Below, in pieces: positions 1 through 9,151 of a stretch of 32,000 nt of DNA (position 1 is its first letter; each line of letters opens with the position of its first letter). The notes below the pieces were generated by a model. That model made no database searches. It worked only from the letters and a program-made list of their open reading frames with translations, and was not told where the DNA came from. Position numbers and translations under genes: made by a program. Source of the DNA: Pseudomonas aeruginosa (lineage in GTDB: Bacteria > Pseudomonadota > Gammaproteobacteria > Pseudomonadales > Pseudomonadaceae); NCBI RefSeq assembly GCF_001457615.1, contig NZ_LN831024.1:5250001-5282000 (forward strand). Reading direction: 5' to 3'.

Positions 1-371
1 GGCCCGGCCTTGCATTCGAACAGGATGCTGTCCGGCTCCAGCACCACCAGGGCATGGAACACCCCGGGCGGCAGGTCGACACCGGGGCAGTCCCCAGCGG
101 CGCTCAACTCGCGCTTGTCGAGGAGTTCCCCGTCCTCGGCGAAGACCAGCAGGCCGAGACGGCCCTTGAGCACGATCAGCGCCTCGGCCTTGCCCGCATC
201 CAGGTGCCGGTGCGGCGGGATGTAGGTATTCGGCTGGAGGCCCACCGCCATGCGATGGCAGGGCTCCTCCATGCGGTGGAAGTTGTGATGCTGGCGACCA
301 CGCGGCGCGTTACCCGCCCCGCTCGCCAGTTCGGCGAACAATTGCTGGTCGAGGTAGCGCGGTCCGGCCAT
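1..371 (-). CDS. WbuC-like cupin-fold metalloprotein, partial (C-terminus beyond window edge)
   Basis: Reverse-strand reading from ATG at 371 is open to base 1: MAGPRYLDQQLFAELASGAGNAPRGRQHHNFHRMEEPCHRMAVGLQPNTYIPPHRHLDAGKAEALIVLKGRLGLLVFAEDGEL... with cupin-like PPHRH...KAEALIVLKG. Missing from the ORF track because no stop lies inside the window. Confidence 0.8.
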   Translation of the reverse strand, partial: MAGPRYLDQQLFAELASGAGNAPRGRQHHNFHRMEEPCHRMAVGLQPNTYIPPHRHLDAGKAEALIVLKGRLGLLVFAEDGELLDKRELSAAGDCPGVDLPPGVFHALVVLEPDSILFECKAG

Positions 372-372
372 C

Positions 373-930
373 TCAGAGCCCCTTGACCGCGAAGATGCCC
401 GCGGCGTTGCGCCAGTAGCCCTTGTAGTCCATGCCGTAGCCGAACACGTAGCGGTCGGCGCAGTAGAGGCCGGTGAAGCTGGCCTTGAGGTCGGGCCGGG
501 CCTTGCGCTCGTGTTCCTTGTCCACCAGTACGGCGGTGTGCACCGCGCGTGCGCCGGCATGCTTGCAGAAGTCGATGATCGCCGAGAGGGTGTGCCCTTC
601 GTCGAGGATGTCGTCGATGATCAGCACGTCACGGTCGATGAAGGAGATTTCCGGCTTGGCCTTCCAGAACAGTTCGCCGCCGGAGGTCTCGTTGCGGTAA
701 CGGGTCGCATGCAGGTAGGACAGTTCGAGGGGGAAGTCGAGCAGCGGGAGCAGCTTGCCGGAGAAGATCAGGCCGCCGTTCATCACGCAGAAGACCACCG
801 GGTTGGTCTCGCCGAGATCGCGGTTGATCGCCTCGGCGACGCGACCGATGGCTGCCTCGACCTCGTCGTTGTTGAACAGGCAGTCGGCTTCCGCCATGAC
901 TTGGCGGATGTGCGCGAGATCGACGGACAT
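373..930 (-). CDS. hpt: Hypoxanthine(-guanine) phosphoribosyltransferase
   Basis: 185 aa from MSVDLAHIRQVM; PRPP-binding motif DVLIIDDILDEGHTL. The track ORF extends upstream to 996; the internal ATG at 930 is the likelier start. Confidence 0.9.
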   Translation of the reverse strand: MSVDLAHIRQVMAEADCLFNNDEVEAAIGRVAEAINRDLGETNPVVFCVMNGGLIFSGKLLPLLDFPLELSYLHATRYRNETSGGELFWKAKPEISFIDRDVLIIDDILDEGHTLSAIIDFCKHAGARAVHTAVLVDKEHERKARPDLKASFTGLYCADRYVFGYGMDYKGYWRNAAGIFAVKGL

Positions 931-1097
931 GGTGCTTCTCCCTGGCTGGGCTGAGAAAAAGTCGGCAAAGGTACTCATCCGGTCGCCATCGGGCAACCCC
1001 CGGCGGTCGAGTGCGAATCAGAATAATGGTCCAGACTGTGCGGAATGCATTACGCTAGCGCAATTTTTTTGCCCGCCCCCGTTGGAGACAGTCGCCC

Positions 1098-1736
1098 ATG
1101 CCCGTACATGAGATCCGCCACCCCCTCATCCGCCACAAACTGGGCCTGATGCGCCGTGCCGATATCAGCACCAAGAACTTCCGCGAACTGGCCCAGGAAG
1201 TCGGCGCCCTGCTGACCTACGAGGCGACCAAGGACCTGCCCCTGGAACAGTACGAAATCCCCGGATGGGCCGGCCCGGTGACGGTGGAGAAGATCTCCGG
1301 GAAGAAGATCACCGTGGTGCCGATCCTGCGCGCCGGCATCGGCATGCTCGACGGCGTGCTCAGCCTGATTCCCGGCGCCAAGGTCAGCGCGGTCGGCGTC
1401 GCCCGCAACGAAGAGACCCTGGAAGCACGCACCTACCTGGAAAAACTGGCGCCGGACATCGCCGAGCGCCGCTCGCTGATCATCGACCCGATGCTCGCCA
1501 CCGGTGGCTCGATGGTCGCCACCATCGACCTGCTGAAGAAGGCCGGCAGCAAGGAAATCCGCGCCATGGTGCTGGTCGCCGCCCCCGAGGGCATCGAGGC
1601 GGTACGCAAGGCCCACCCGGACGTGATCATCTATACCGCCTCGATCGACGAGAAGCTCGACGAGAACGGCTACATCATTCCGGGCCTGGGCGACGCCGGC
1701 GACAAGATCTTCGGTACCAAGCAGAAGGAAGCCTGA
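1098..1736 (+). CDS. upp: Uracil phosphoribosyltransferase
   Basis: 212 aa [36 protein letters not shown]..., [13 protein letters not shown] motif, [18 protein letters not shown]-terminus. Confidence 0.97.
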   Translation: MPVHEIRHPLIRHKLGLMRRADISTKNFRELAQEVGALLTYEATKDLPLEQYEIPGWAGPVTVEKISGKKITVVPILRAGIGMLDGVLSLIPGAKVSAVGVARNEETLEARTYLEKLAPDIAERRSLIIDPMLATGGSMVATIDLLKKAGSKEIRAMVLVAAPEGIEAVRKAHPDVIIYTASIDEKLDENGYIIPGLGDAGDKIFGTKQKEA

Positions 1737-1738
1737 AC

Positions 1739-3022
1739 ATGGGCGATGCCTTCCAGGAGCCGCTCTGGCGCCAGGTGCTGTCAGGCGCGCAGATGCTGTT
1801 CGTCGCCTTCGGCGCGCTGGTGCTGATGCCGCTGATCACCGGTCTGGATCCCAACGTCGCGCTGTTCACCGCCGGCCTCGGGACCCTGCTGTTCCAATTG
1901 GTGACCGGGCGCCAGGTACCGGTGTTCCTCGCCTCCAGCTTCGCCTTCATCACCCCGATCATCCTCGCCAAGGGCCAGTTCGGCCTGGCCGCGACCATGG
2001 GCGGGGTGGTCGCCGCCGGCTTCGTCTACACCTTCATGGGCCTGGCGGTGAAGATCAAGGGCACCGGCTTCATCGATAAACTGCTGCCGCCGGTGGTGAT
2101 CGGCCCGGTGATCATCTCGATCGGCCTGGCGATGGCGCCGATCGCGGCGAACATGGCGATGGGCAAGGCCGGCGACGGCAGCGAGTTGCTGCCGTACCGC
2201 ACCGCGATGATGATCTCGATGCCGGCGCTGCTCACCACCCTGGTGGTGGCGGTATTCGGCAAGGGTATATTCCGCCTGGTGCCGATCATCGCCGGCGTGC
2301 TGGTCGGCTTCGCCCTGTCGTTCGTCTTCGGCGTGGTCGACACCGCCGCGATCGTCGCCGCACCCTGGCTGGAGCTACCGAAATTCACCGCGCCGGAATT
2401 CAACTGGCAGGCGATCCTGTTCATCGTCCCGGTGGCCCTGGCCCCGGCCATCGAGCATATCGGCGGGGTCATCGCGGTGGGCGGCGTCACCGGCCAGGAC
2501 TACCTGAAGAAGCCCGGCCTGCACCGCACTCTCCTCGGCGACGGCCTGGCCACCTCGGCTGCCGGCCTGTTCGGCGGACCGCCCAACACCACCTACGCGG
2601 AAGTCACCGGCGCAGTGATGCTGACCAAGAACTACAACCCGAAGATCATGACCTGGGCGGCGGTGATCGCCATCACCCTGGCCTTCGTCGGCAAGTTCGG
2701 CGCGATCCTGCAAAGCATCCCGGTACCGGTGATGGGCGGCATCCTCTGCCTGCTGTTCGGCACCATCGCCTCGGTCGGCATGAACACCCTGATCCGGCAC
2801 AAGGTCGATCTCTCGGAAGCACGCAACCTGGTGATCGTCTCGGTGACCCTGGTGTTCGGCATCGGCGGCGTGCTGATCGGCAGCGGTACCGGCCCCGACA
2901 ACATCGGCCTGAAGGGCATCGCCCTGTGCGCCATCGTCGCCATCGTCCTCAACCTGTTGCTGCCGGGCAACGACGGCTGGCAGAACAAGGCGCTCGACGA
3001 ACAACACAAGGATTCACACTGA
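1739..3022 (+). CDS. uraA: Uracil permease / uracil-xanthine transporter family
   Basis: 427 aa starting MGDAFQEPLWRQVLSGAQMLFVAFGALVLMPLITGLDP, inside the longer track ORF 1265..3022. Starts 3 nt after the upp stop; multiple hydrophobic segments; conserved APAIEHIGGVIAVG and NTTYAEVTGAV. Confidence 0.95.
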   Translation: MGDAFQEPLWRQVLSGAQMLFVAFGALVLMPLITGLDPNVALFTAGLGTLLFQLVTGRQVPVFLASSFAFITPIILAKGQFGLAATMGGVVAAGFVYTFMGLAVKIKGTGFIDKLLPPVVIGPVIISIGLAMAPIAANMAMGKAGDGSELLPYRTAMMISMPALLTTLVVAVFGKGIFRLVPIIAGVLVGFALSFVFGVVDTAAIVAAPWLELPKFTAPEFNWQAILFIVPVALAPAIEHIGGVIAVGGVTGQDYLKKPGLHRTLLGDGLATSAAGLFGGPPNTTYAEVTGAVMLTKNYNPKIMTWAAVIAITLAFVGKFGAILQSIPVPVMGGILCLLFGTIASVGMNTLIRHKVDLSEARNLVIVSVTLVFGIGGVLIGSGTGPDNIGLKGIALCAIVAIVLNLLLPGNDGWQNKALDEQHKDSH

Positions 3023-3029
3023 AAACAAC

Positions 3030-3060
3030 GGACGGAACACTTCGCTGTTCCGTCCATTTT
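3030..3060 (+). terminator. Rho-independent terminator after uraA
   Basis: GGACGGAAC-acttcgct-GTTCCGTCC (perfect 9-bp stem) followed by ATTTT. Confidence 0.85.
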
Positions 3061-3355
3061 CCACCCGCCACGTTATTTTCAAAAGCATGTAGCCAATCGC
3101 TTACTACTTTGTAATTAAACTTCCCTGTATTTTCCAAACAATCACGTCATCTAACTGGCAGAGGCTTATTCGCGCTGCTATATAGCCAGTCAAGCATGAC
3201 TGGCGAGCCGCTCTGCGCCGCACCCGGCGCGTCGCCAGCCATGAACTTCGAGTTTGGCGGATATATAAGGCCGATCATTTAAAGTCGTGGGAACTTTATT
3301 TATCCGCCAACATCGTCCTGCGCCACCGACATTCGTTATCGACAGGAAGTTAGAG

Positions 3356-3904
3356 ATGAATAAACGCATTCCGGCAGTCTTGTTGTTCTGTGCCTGCGCC
3401 AGCCTGCTGGGCACCGCCCAGGCCGCCGGTACGCTGATCGGCCAGGTCGGCGTGCAGATGGTCATCGGTGCCGGCTGCACCATCATCAACGGCAGCGTCA
3501 GCGGCGGTATCAACCAGTGGGGAACCCTGGACTTCGGCAGCCATTCCGACCTCACCAACGTGGTCGACGCGCAGACCGTCGGCACCAGCGGCAATATCCA
3601 GATCCAGTGCAGCACCGGCCTGACCCCGAGCCTGACGGTGAACGCAGGCCTGCACGCCAGCGGCGGCCAGCGCTACATGCAGAACACCACCACCACCAGC
3701 AGCACCATCGCCTACAACATCTATTCGGACGCCGCGCGCAGCGCGCTGATCCAGGCCAACACACCGGTGGACATCTCCTCGGTCTCCACCGGCACCGCGG
3801 TCAACATCCCCCTCTATGGCCGCGTGGTGCCCACCGGACAAAGCACACCCACGCCGACGGCGGGGACCTACACCGACACCCTGCTGGTCACCATCGCCTG
3901 GTAA
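3356..3904 (+). CDS. cupE1: CupE1-like major fimbrial subunit, spore coat U (SCPU) domain, archaic chaperone-usher pilus
   Basis: 182 aa MNKRIPAVLLFCACASLLGTAQAAG..., signal peptide, SCPU pattern AGCTIINGSVSGG...WGTLDFGS and C-terminal AGTYTDTLLVTIAW. Confidence 0.88.
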   Translation: MNKRIPAVLLFCACASLLGTAQAAGTLIGQVGVQMVIGAGCTIINGSVSGGINQWGTLDFGSHSDLTNVVDAQTVGTSGNIQIQCSTGLTPSLTVNAGLHASGGQRYMQNTTTTSSTIAYNIYSDAARSALIQANTPVDISSVSTGTAVNIPLYGRVVPTGQSTPTPTAGTYTDTLLVTIAW

Positions 3905-3952
3905 GACGCGCCGCCAGGCGCGGCGCCAGGCAGCATGGTCCTGGGGGGACCG

Positions 3953-4468
3953 ATGAGCCTGAACCGCTACTTCACCGGAGGACTGCTCTGCCTGCTCGGC
4001 TGCAACCCGGCAAACGCGCAGACCGCCACCATCGTCCTGAGCGCCACGCTGCTCCCGGCCTGCGAGGCAGGTAGCGTCGGCAGCGGCGGCGCGATCACCT
4101 TCGGCACCCTCGACTTCGGCCAGTACGCCTCCCTGAACAACGCCATCAGCGCCACCAGCCAGCAAGGCGCAGGCTCCATCCGGGTCAGGTGCGTCAGCGG
4201 CCAGACCTATGCGATCACGCTCGACGGCGGGCTCTACGGCAGCGTCGCCACGCGGCGCATGGCGAACATCGCCAACACCGCCCTCACCCTGACCTACAAC
4301 CTGTACAGCGACCGCCCCGGCGGCATCGTCTGGGACAACACCACCGGCGTTGCCGCCACCGGCAACGGCAACGACCAGTGGTACCCCATCTACGGCCTGG
4401 TGCCGGCACAGACCACGCCGGTCGCCGGGACCTACCGCGACACCGTCAACGTGACCATCAGTTGGTGA
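3953..4468 (+). CDS. cupE2: CupE2-like fimbrial subunit, SCPU domain
   Basis: 171 aa from MSLNRYFTGGLLCLLGCNPANAQ; ITFGTLDFGQY and C-terminal AGTYRDTVNVTISW, paralogous to cupE1. Purine-rich GGGGGGA precedes ATG at 3953. Confidence 0.87.
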   Translation: MSLNRYFTGGLLCLLGCNPANAQTATIVLSATLLPACEAGSVGSGGAITFGTLDFGQYASLNNAISATSQQGAGSIRVRCVSGQTYAITLDGGLYGSVATRRMANIANTALTLTYNLYSDRPGGIVWDNTTGVAATGNGNDQWYPIYGLVPAQTTPVAGTYRDTVNVTISW

Positions 4469-5010
4469 TGCCGATGTCCAGCCGGCGTCTATTCCTGTCG
4501 CTTCTCCTGCTCCCGCTGCCGAACCTGGTCGCGCATGCCGATCCATCGCCGATCAGCCGCGCCTTCCAGGTCCAGGCGGTGGTCGCCAACGGCTGCGCCT
4601 TCGGCACCGCCATCAGCAACAACGCCTATGACCTCGGCACCCTGAGCTTCGGCACCCTCGGCAACCTGGCCAGTCCGGTTAACGTCGCCAGCAGCTCCGG
4701 GGCCGGCTCCATCGTCCTGACCTGCACTCCGGGAATGACCGTCTCCGTCGCCCTCGACTACGGGGTCAATGGCGGCAGCAGCAGCCAGCGCTACCTGAAG
4801 CGGGTGAGCGGTAACGAGACCCTCGCCTACCAGCTCTACCAGGATGCCGCCTACTCCCAGGTCTGGGGCAACGGGGCACTCGCGCGGACCATCGCCAACT
4901 TTCCCGCCAGCACCCAGACCTACACGGTATACGCGCGCCTGTTCGCGGTCGGCAGCCTGCCGTCCGCCGGCAACTACCGCGATACCGTCACCGTCACCCT
5001 TTCGTTCTGA
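4468..5010 (+). CDS. cupE3: CupE3-like fimbrial subunit, SCPU domain
   Basis: 180 aa MPMSSRRLFLSLLLLPLPNLVAHADP..., LGTLSFGTLGN, C-terminal AGNYRDTVTVTLSF. Start overlaps the cupE2 stop (TGATG). Confidence 0.86.
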   Translation: MPMSSRRLFLSLLLLPLPNLVAHADPSPISRAFQVQAVVANGCAFGTAISNNAYDLGTLSFGTLGNLASPVNVASSSGAGSIVLTCTPGMTVSVALDYGVNGGSSSQRYLKRVSGNETLAYQLYQDAAYSQVWGNGALARTIANFPASTQTYTVYARLFAVGSLPSAGNYRDTVTVTLSF

Positions 5011-5028
5011 GCCGTCATGGAGGATCAC

Positions 5029-5817
5029 ATGCCCAGTCCACACCTACCTCTCCGCCCCGGCCGCTGGCTTGCGGCGCTGCTGGCGCTGCTCCTGGGCGGC
5101 CCGGCACAGGCCGCCAGTGCGGTGCTGATCTGGCCGATCAACCCGGCCATCGAAGCCGACCAGCCGGCCACGGCGCTGTGGCTGGAGAATCGCGGCAAGC
5201 AACCGGTGACCCTGCAGGTGCGCGTGCTCGGCTGGTCCCAGGCGGATTTCCAAGACGTCTATCGCAACCAGCAGGCAGTGATTCCCAGCCCGCCCTTCGT
5301 CAAGGTCGAGCCGGGCCGCCGGCAACTGGTCCGGCTGATCCGCCAGGGCGGCCAGCCCAGCACGCCGGAGGACGCCTACCGGGTGCTGATCGACGAAGTG
5401 CCCGACGGCGACGCGGGGCAGACGCAACGAAGCCCCGGTCTCGCCCTGCAGTTCCAGATGCGCTATTCGGTACCGCTGTTCGTCAGCGCCGACGGCGTCT
5501 GGACCCAGCCGCGTAGCGATGTCGAGCGCGACCCGGCCGACGCGACCCGGCCGAAGCTGGCCTGGCGGCTGGTCGAGGAACAGGGCAAGCGTTACCTGCA
5601 GGTGCGCAACGAGGGTAGCGTGCACGCCCGCCTCAGCCATGTCCGCTGGGAGGGCAACGGCCGCAGCCTGGCGCTGCTGGACGGCCTTCTCGGCTACGTG
5701 CTGCCCGGCCGGCAGATGCGCTGGCCGCTGCCGCCGGGGCTGCTGCCGGACTCCGGCATGACCCTGAAACTGCAACTGGCGGACAACGACGCGCCGATCA
5801 GCGTTCCCGGGTACTGA
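5029..5817 (+). CDS. cupE4: Periplasmic pilus chaperone (CupE4-like)
   Basis: 262 aa from MPSPHLPLRPGRWLAALLALLLGGPAQAASAVLIWPINPAIEADQPATALWLENRGKQPVTLQVRVLGW; PapD-like chaperone in an archaic chaperone-usher operon. ATG at 5017 is an alternative start; the 5029 start has GGAGG just upstream. Confidence 0.88.
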   Translation: MPSPHLPLRPGRWLAALLALLLGGPAQAASAVLIWPINPAIEADQPATALWLENRGKQPVTLQVRVLGWSQADFQDVYRNQQAVIPSPPFVKVEPGRRQLVRLIRQGGQPSTPEDAYRVLIDEVPDGDAGQTQRSPGLALQFQMRYSVPLFVSADGVWTQPRSDVERDPADATRPKLAWRLVEEQGKRYLQVRNEGSVHARLSHVRWEGNGRSLALLDGLLGYVLPGRQMRWPLPPGLLPDSGMTLKLQLADNDAPISVPGY

Positions 5818-5833
5818 GGCGGACGTCGGTCCC

Positions 5834-8206
5834 GTGCCTCGCCCGTGTCAGCGGCGCTCTCGCCGCCACCGCTCGCTACTGATCGGCCTGGCGCTGCTCT
5901 CCCCTGTCCATGCGGCGGACTACCTGGCCGGACTGCCGCCGCCGCAACCCGCTCCGTCCGGCGGCGGCAACGTCCTCTACTACTTGGAACTGGTGATCAA
6001 CGGCCGCGACAGCGGCCAGGTGGTGCCGGTCAACGCCGCCGATGGCCATTACCTGCTCGACGCCGCGGCCCTGCGCGAAGCCGGCGTGCGCCTGCCTGGC
6101 AACCCCGCCGGACAGGTCGCGGTGGACGCCCTGCCCGAGGTCCGGGCGGACTATGACAGCGCCAGCCAGCAACTGCACCTGCAAGTGCCGCCGGACTGGC
6201 TGCCGGAGCAGCGCTTCGACGATCCCGGACTGGTCGCCCGCGCCCCGGCGCGCAGCAGCCTCGGCGCGCTGTTCAACTACGACCTGTACTACTCGGACCC
6301 CGCCGACGGCGCCACGCCCTGGCTTTCCGCGCTGCTCGAGCAACGCCTGTTCGACGGCTTCGGGGTGATCTCCAACACCGGCGTCTACACCCGCTATTTC
6401 GGCGACGCCGACAACCTCGACAGCCGCTACCTGCGCTACGACACCTACTGGCTGTACAACGACGAACGCAACATGCACAGCTACCAACTGGGCGACTACG
6501 TCAACGGCGCGCTGAACTGGACCACCCCGGTACGCATGGGCGGCTTTCGCTTCGCCCGCAACTTCGGCGTACGTCCGGACCTGGTCACCTATCCGCTGCT
6601 GCGCTTCGACGGCCAGGCCGCCGTACCCAGCACCGTCGACCTGTTCATCAACGGCTACAAGGCCAGCAGCGCCGACCTGCAACCCGGTCCCTTCGCCATC
6701 AGCAACGTGCCGTACATCAACGGAGCCGGCGAAGCCACGGTGGTGACCACCGACGCCCAGGGTCGACAAGTGGTGACCAGCCTGCCGTTCTACGTATCCA
6801 ACACCCTGCTGGCGCGCGGCCTGAGCGATTTCGACCTGTCCGTCGGGCGCCTGCGCGACGACTACGGCCTGCGCAACTTCTCCTATGCCGACAACGCCGC
6901 CAGCGGCATCTACCGCTACGGCGTCAGCGACCGCCTGACCCTCTCCACCCACGCCGAGGCCGCCAGCGACCTGCGCCTGCTCGGCATCGGCGGCGACATC
7001 GCCGTGGCCACCTTCGGCACCCTCAGCCTGGCGGCCAGCGGCAGCGACGGCCAGGGCGACAGCGGCCAGCAATACCTGCTCGGCTACTCCTACTATTCGC
7101 GACGGCTCGGCCTCAGCCTGCAACACATCGAGCGCAGCGCCGGCTATGGCGACCTCGGCACCCTGGACGGCGAGTACCAGTTGAGCCGGCGCACCGACCA
7201 GGCTACCGCCAGCCTGACCTTCGACGAGCAGGGCACCATCGGTACCGGCTACTTCGACATCCGCGCCCGCGACGGCAGCCGCACGCGCCTGGCCAACCTC
7301 TCCTACAGCCGCCCGATCGGCAGCCGCAGCAGCTTCTACCTGGCGCTGAACAAGGATCTCGACGGCGACGGCTACAGCGCGCTGATGCAACTGGTGATTC
7401 CCTTCGACATCAACGGCCTGCTGAACATCGGCGTCACCCGCGACAGCGACCGACGCTACAGCGAGCGGGTGATCTGGAGCCGCTCCACGCCGAGCCAGGG
7501 CGGCCTCGGCTGGAACCTCGGCTATGGCGGCGGCGCCAGCCGCTACCAGCAGGCCGACCTGACCTGGCGCATGCAGAACGTGCAACTGCAGGGCGGCCTT
7601 TATGGCGAGACCGGCAACTACACGCGCTGGGCCGATCTCAGCGGCTCGCTGGTATGGATGGACAACGCCGTGTTCGCCAGCAACCGGATCAACGACGCCT
7701 TCGTCCTGGTCAGCACCAAGGGTTATCCACAGGTGCCGATCCGCTACGAGAACCAACTGATGGGCAGCACCGACGACAACGGCCACCTGCTGGTGCCCTG
7801 GGTCGCGGCCTACTACCCGGCGAAGTTCCAGATCGAGCCGCTGGACCTTCCGGCCAACGTCAGCGCGCCCGAAGTCGAGCAGCGCGTGGCGGTACGCCAG
7901 GGCAGCGGCCTGCTGCTGGACTTCCCGATCCGTGCCGTAGTCGCCGCCAGCATCAGCCTGGTGGACGAGCGCGGCGAACCGCTGCCGCTGGGCAGCCAGG
8001 CCGAAGAAACCGGCAGCGGCCAGCGCGCCAGCGTCGGCTGGGACGGCCAGGTCTATTTCGAAGGATTGCAAAGCGACAACCAGCTACGCGTGGTCCGCCC
8101 CGACGGCCGGGCCTGCCAGGCACGCTTCCGCCTGGACACGCGCAAACCCACCGTCAGCCAGGTCGGCCCGCTGACCTGCTCGGCCCCGATCGGAGATACG
8201 CCATGA
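5834..8206 (+). CDS. cupE5: Outer-membrane fimbrial usher (CupE5-like)
   Basis: 790 aa, GTG start; FimD/PapC family features NGYKASSADLQPGPFAISNVPYINGAGEATVVTTDAQGRQ, RFDGQAAVPSTVDLFING, LLNIGVTRDSDRRYSERVIWSRS. Confidence 0.93.
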   Translation: MPRPCQRRSRRHRSLLIGLALLSPVHAADYLAGLPPPQPAPSGGGNVLYYLELVINGRDSGQVVPVNAADGHYLLDAAALREAGVRLPGNPAGQVAVDALPEVRADYDSASQQLHLQVPPDWLPEQRFDDPGLVARAPARSSLGALFNYDLYYSDPADGATPWLSALLEQRLFDGFGVISNTGVYTRYFGDADNLDSRYLRYDTYWLYNDERNMHSYQLGDYVNGALNWTTPVRMGGFRFARNFGVRPDLVTYPLLRFDGQAAVPSTVDLFINGYKASSADLQPGPFAISNVPYINGAGEATVVTTDAQGRQVVTSLPFYVSNTLLARGLSDFDLSVGRLRDDYGLRNFSYADNAASGIYRYGVSDRLTLSTHAEAASDLRLLGIGGDIAVATFGTLSLAASGSDGQGDSGQQYLLGYSYYSRRLGLSLQHIERSAGYGDLGTLDGEYQLSRRTDQATASLTFDEQGTIGTGYFDIRARDGSRTRLANLSYSRPIGSRSSFYLALNKDLDGDGYSALMQLVIPFDINGLLNIGVTRDSDRRYSERVIWSRSTPSQGGLGWNLGYGGGASRYQQADLTWRMQNVQLQGGLYGETGNYTRWADLSGSLVWMDNAVFASNRINDAFVLVSTKGYPQVPIRYENQLMGSTDDNGHLLVPWVAAYYPAKFQIEPLDLPANVSAPEVEQRVAVRQGSGLLLDFPIRAVVAASISLVDERGEPLPLGSQAEETGSGQRASVGWDGQVYFEGLQSDNQLRVVRPDGRACQARFRLDTRKPTVSQVGPLTCSAPIGDTP

Positions 8207-9150
8207 GCCGCCACTCCACGTCCGCCTGCCTGCTCGGCTTCGCTACGCTCTGCGCCAGCCCGTTGCTGCTCGCCGCCTGCACCACCAGCTCCGGCACCGG
8301 CAATTTCGGCAGCCTGAGCTCGTTCACCGTGGCCAGCACCGCCCAGACCATCACCGGCACCACCGGCTTCAAGTGCACCGGCAGCCTGTTGTCGATCCTC
8401 AGCACCAACACCATCGACGCGACCATCGCCAGCACCGCCAATCCGCTGGGCACCACGCCGCGGCTGTACAACGCCGCCAGCGGCACCTACCTGCCCTACA
8501 GTATCTGCAAGGACAACGGCTGCGGCACCGTCTACAACGTCGGCTCGACGGTACGCTGGAGCAGCACCACCTTCCTCGGCATCCTCGGCCTGTTCAACGC
8601 CACCGACGGCAGCCTGCCGCTGTACCTGCGCACCGCCACCGGGGTGACCCTGCCGGCCGGCACCTATACCGATACCATCGGCCTGAACTGGGCCTGGCAC
8701 CTGTGCGCGGCGGGCATCGGCCCAGTCTGCGTATACGACGACGGCACCGCCAGCAGCAGCGTCAACGTTACCCTGACGGTGCTCAAGGACTGCTTCATCG
8801 ACAGCGCTCCGGACCTCAGCTTCGGCAGCGCCGCGCTGGTCTCGGCCTTCACCGCGGTGAACCAGAACATTGGCGTGCGCTGCACCCTGAACGCCACCTA
8901 TACCATCGGCTTCGACAACGGCAACAACTTCAGCGGCGGCTGGCGGCGAATGCTCAGCGGCGCCAACGCGATCCAGTACAACCTCTACAAACCGGGAGAC
9001 TCGACGGTCTGGACCACCAGCAACACCCAGGCAGGCACCGGTAGCGGCGCCGCGCAGAACGTGCCGTACCGGGCCATCGTCAACCCGGCCCAGGGCAACG
9101 TCCCCGCCGGTACCTACAGCGATACCGTGCGGGTCATCCTCACCTACTGA
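8203..9150 (+). CDS. cupE6: CupE6-like two-domain SCPU protein, probable tip adhesin
   Basis: 315 aa MSRHSTSACLLGFATLCASPLLLAACTTSSG... (inside track ORF 7654..9150); two SCPU-like repeats each ending AGTYxDTxxxx; ATGA overlap with usher stop. Confidence 0.87.
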   Translation: MSRHSTSACLLGFATLCASPLLLAACTTSSGTGNFGSLSSFTVASTAQTITGTTGFKCTGSLLSILSTNTIDATIASTANPLGTTPRLYNAASGTYLPYSICKDNGCGTVYNVGSTVRWSSTTFLGILGLFNATDGSLPLYLRTATGVTLPAGTYTDTIGLNWAWHLCAAGIGPVCVYDDGTASSSVNVTLTVLKDCFIDSAPDLSFGSAALVSAFTAVNQNIGVRCTLNATYTIGFDNGNNFSGGWRRMLSGANAIQYNLYKPGDSTVWTTSNTQAGTGSGAAQNVPYRAIVNPAQGNVPAGTYSDTVRVILTY

Positions 9151-9151
9151 G

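Noticed and set aside
4468-5028. Frameshift or gene decay in the pilin paralogues because ORF-track starts lie far upstream
   Set aside because: Each pilin has an intact signal peptide, conserved cysteines and C-terminal motif from an internal start. The upstream extensions are only open-frame read-through.
5876-8071. 731-aa minus-strand ORF
   Set aside because: Complement of the fimbrial usher. Val/Ala/Gln/Gly-rich composition and no recognisable domain.
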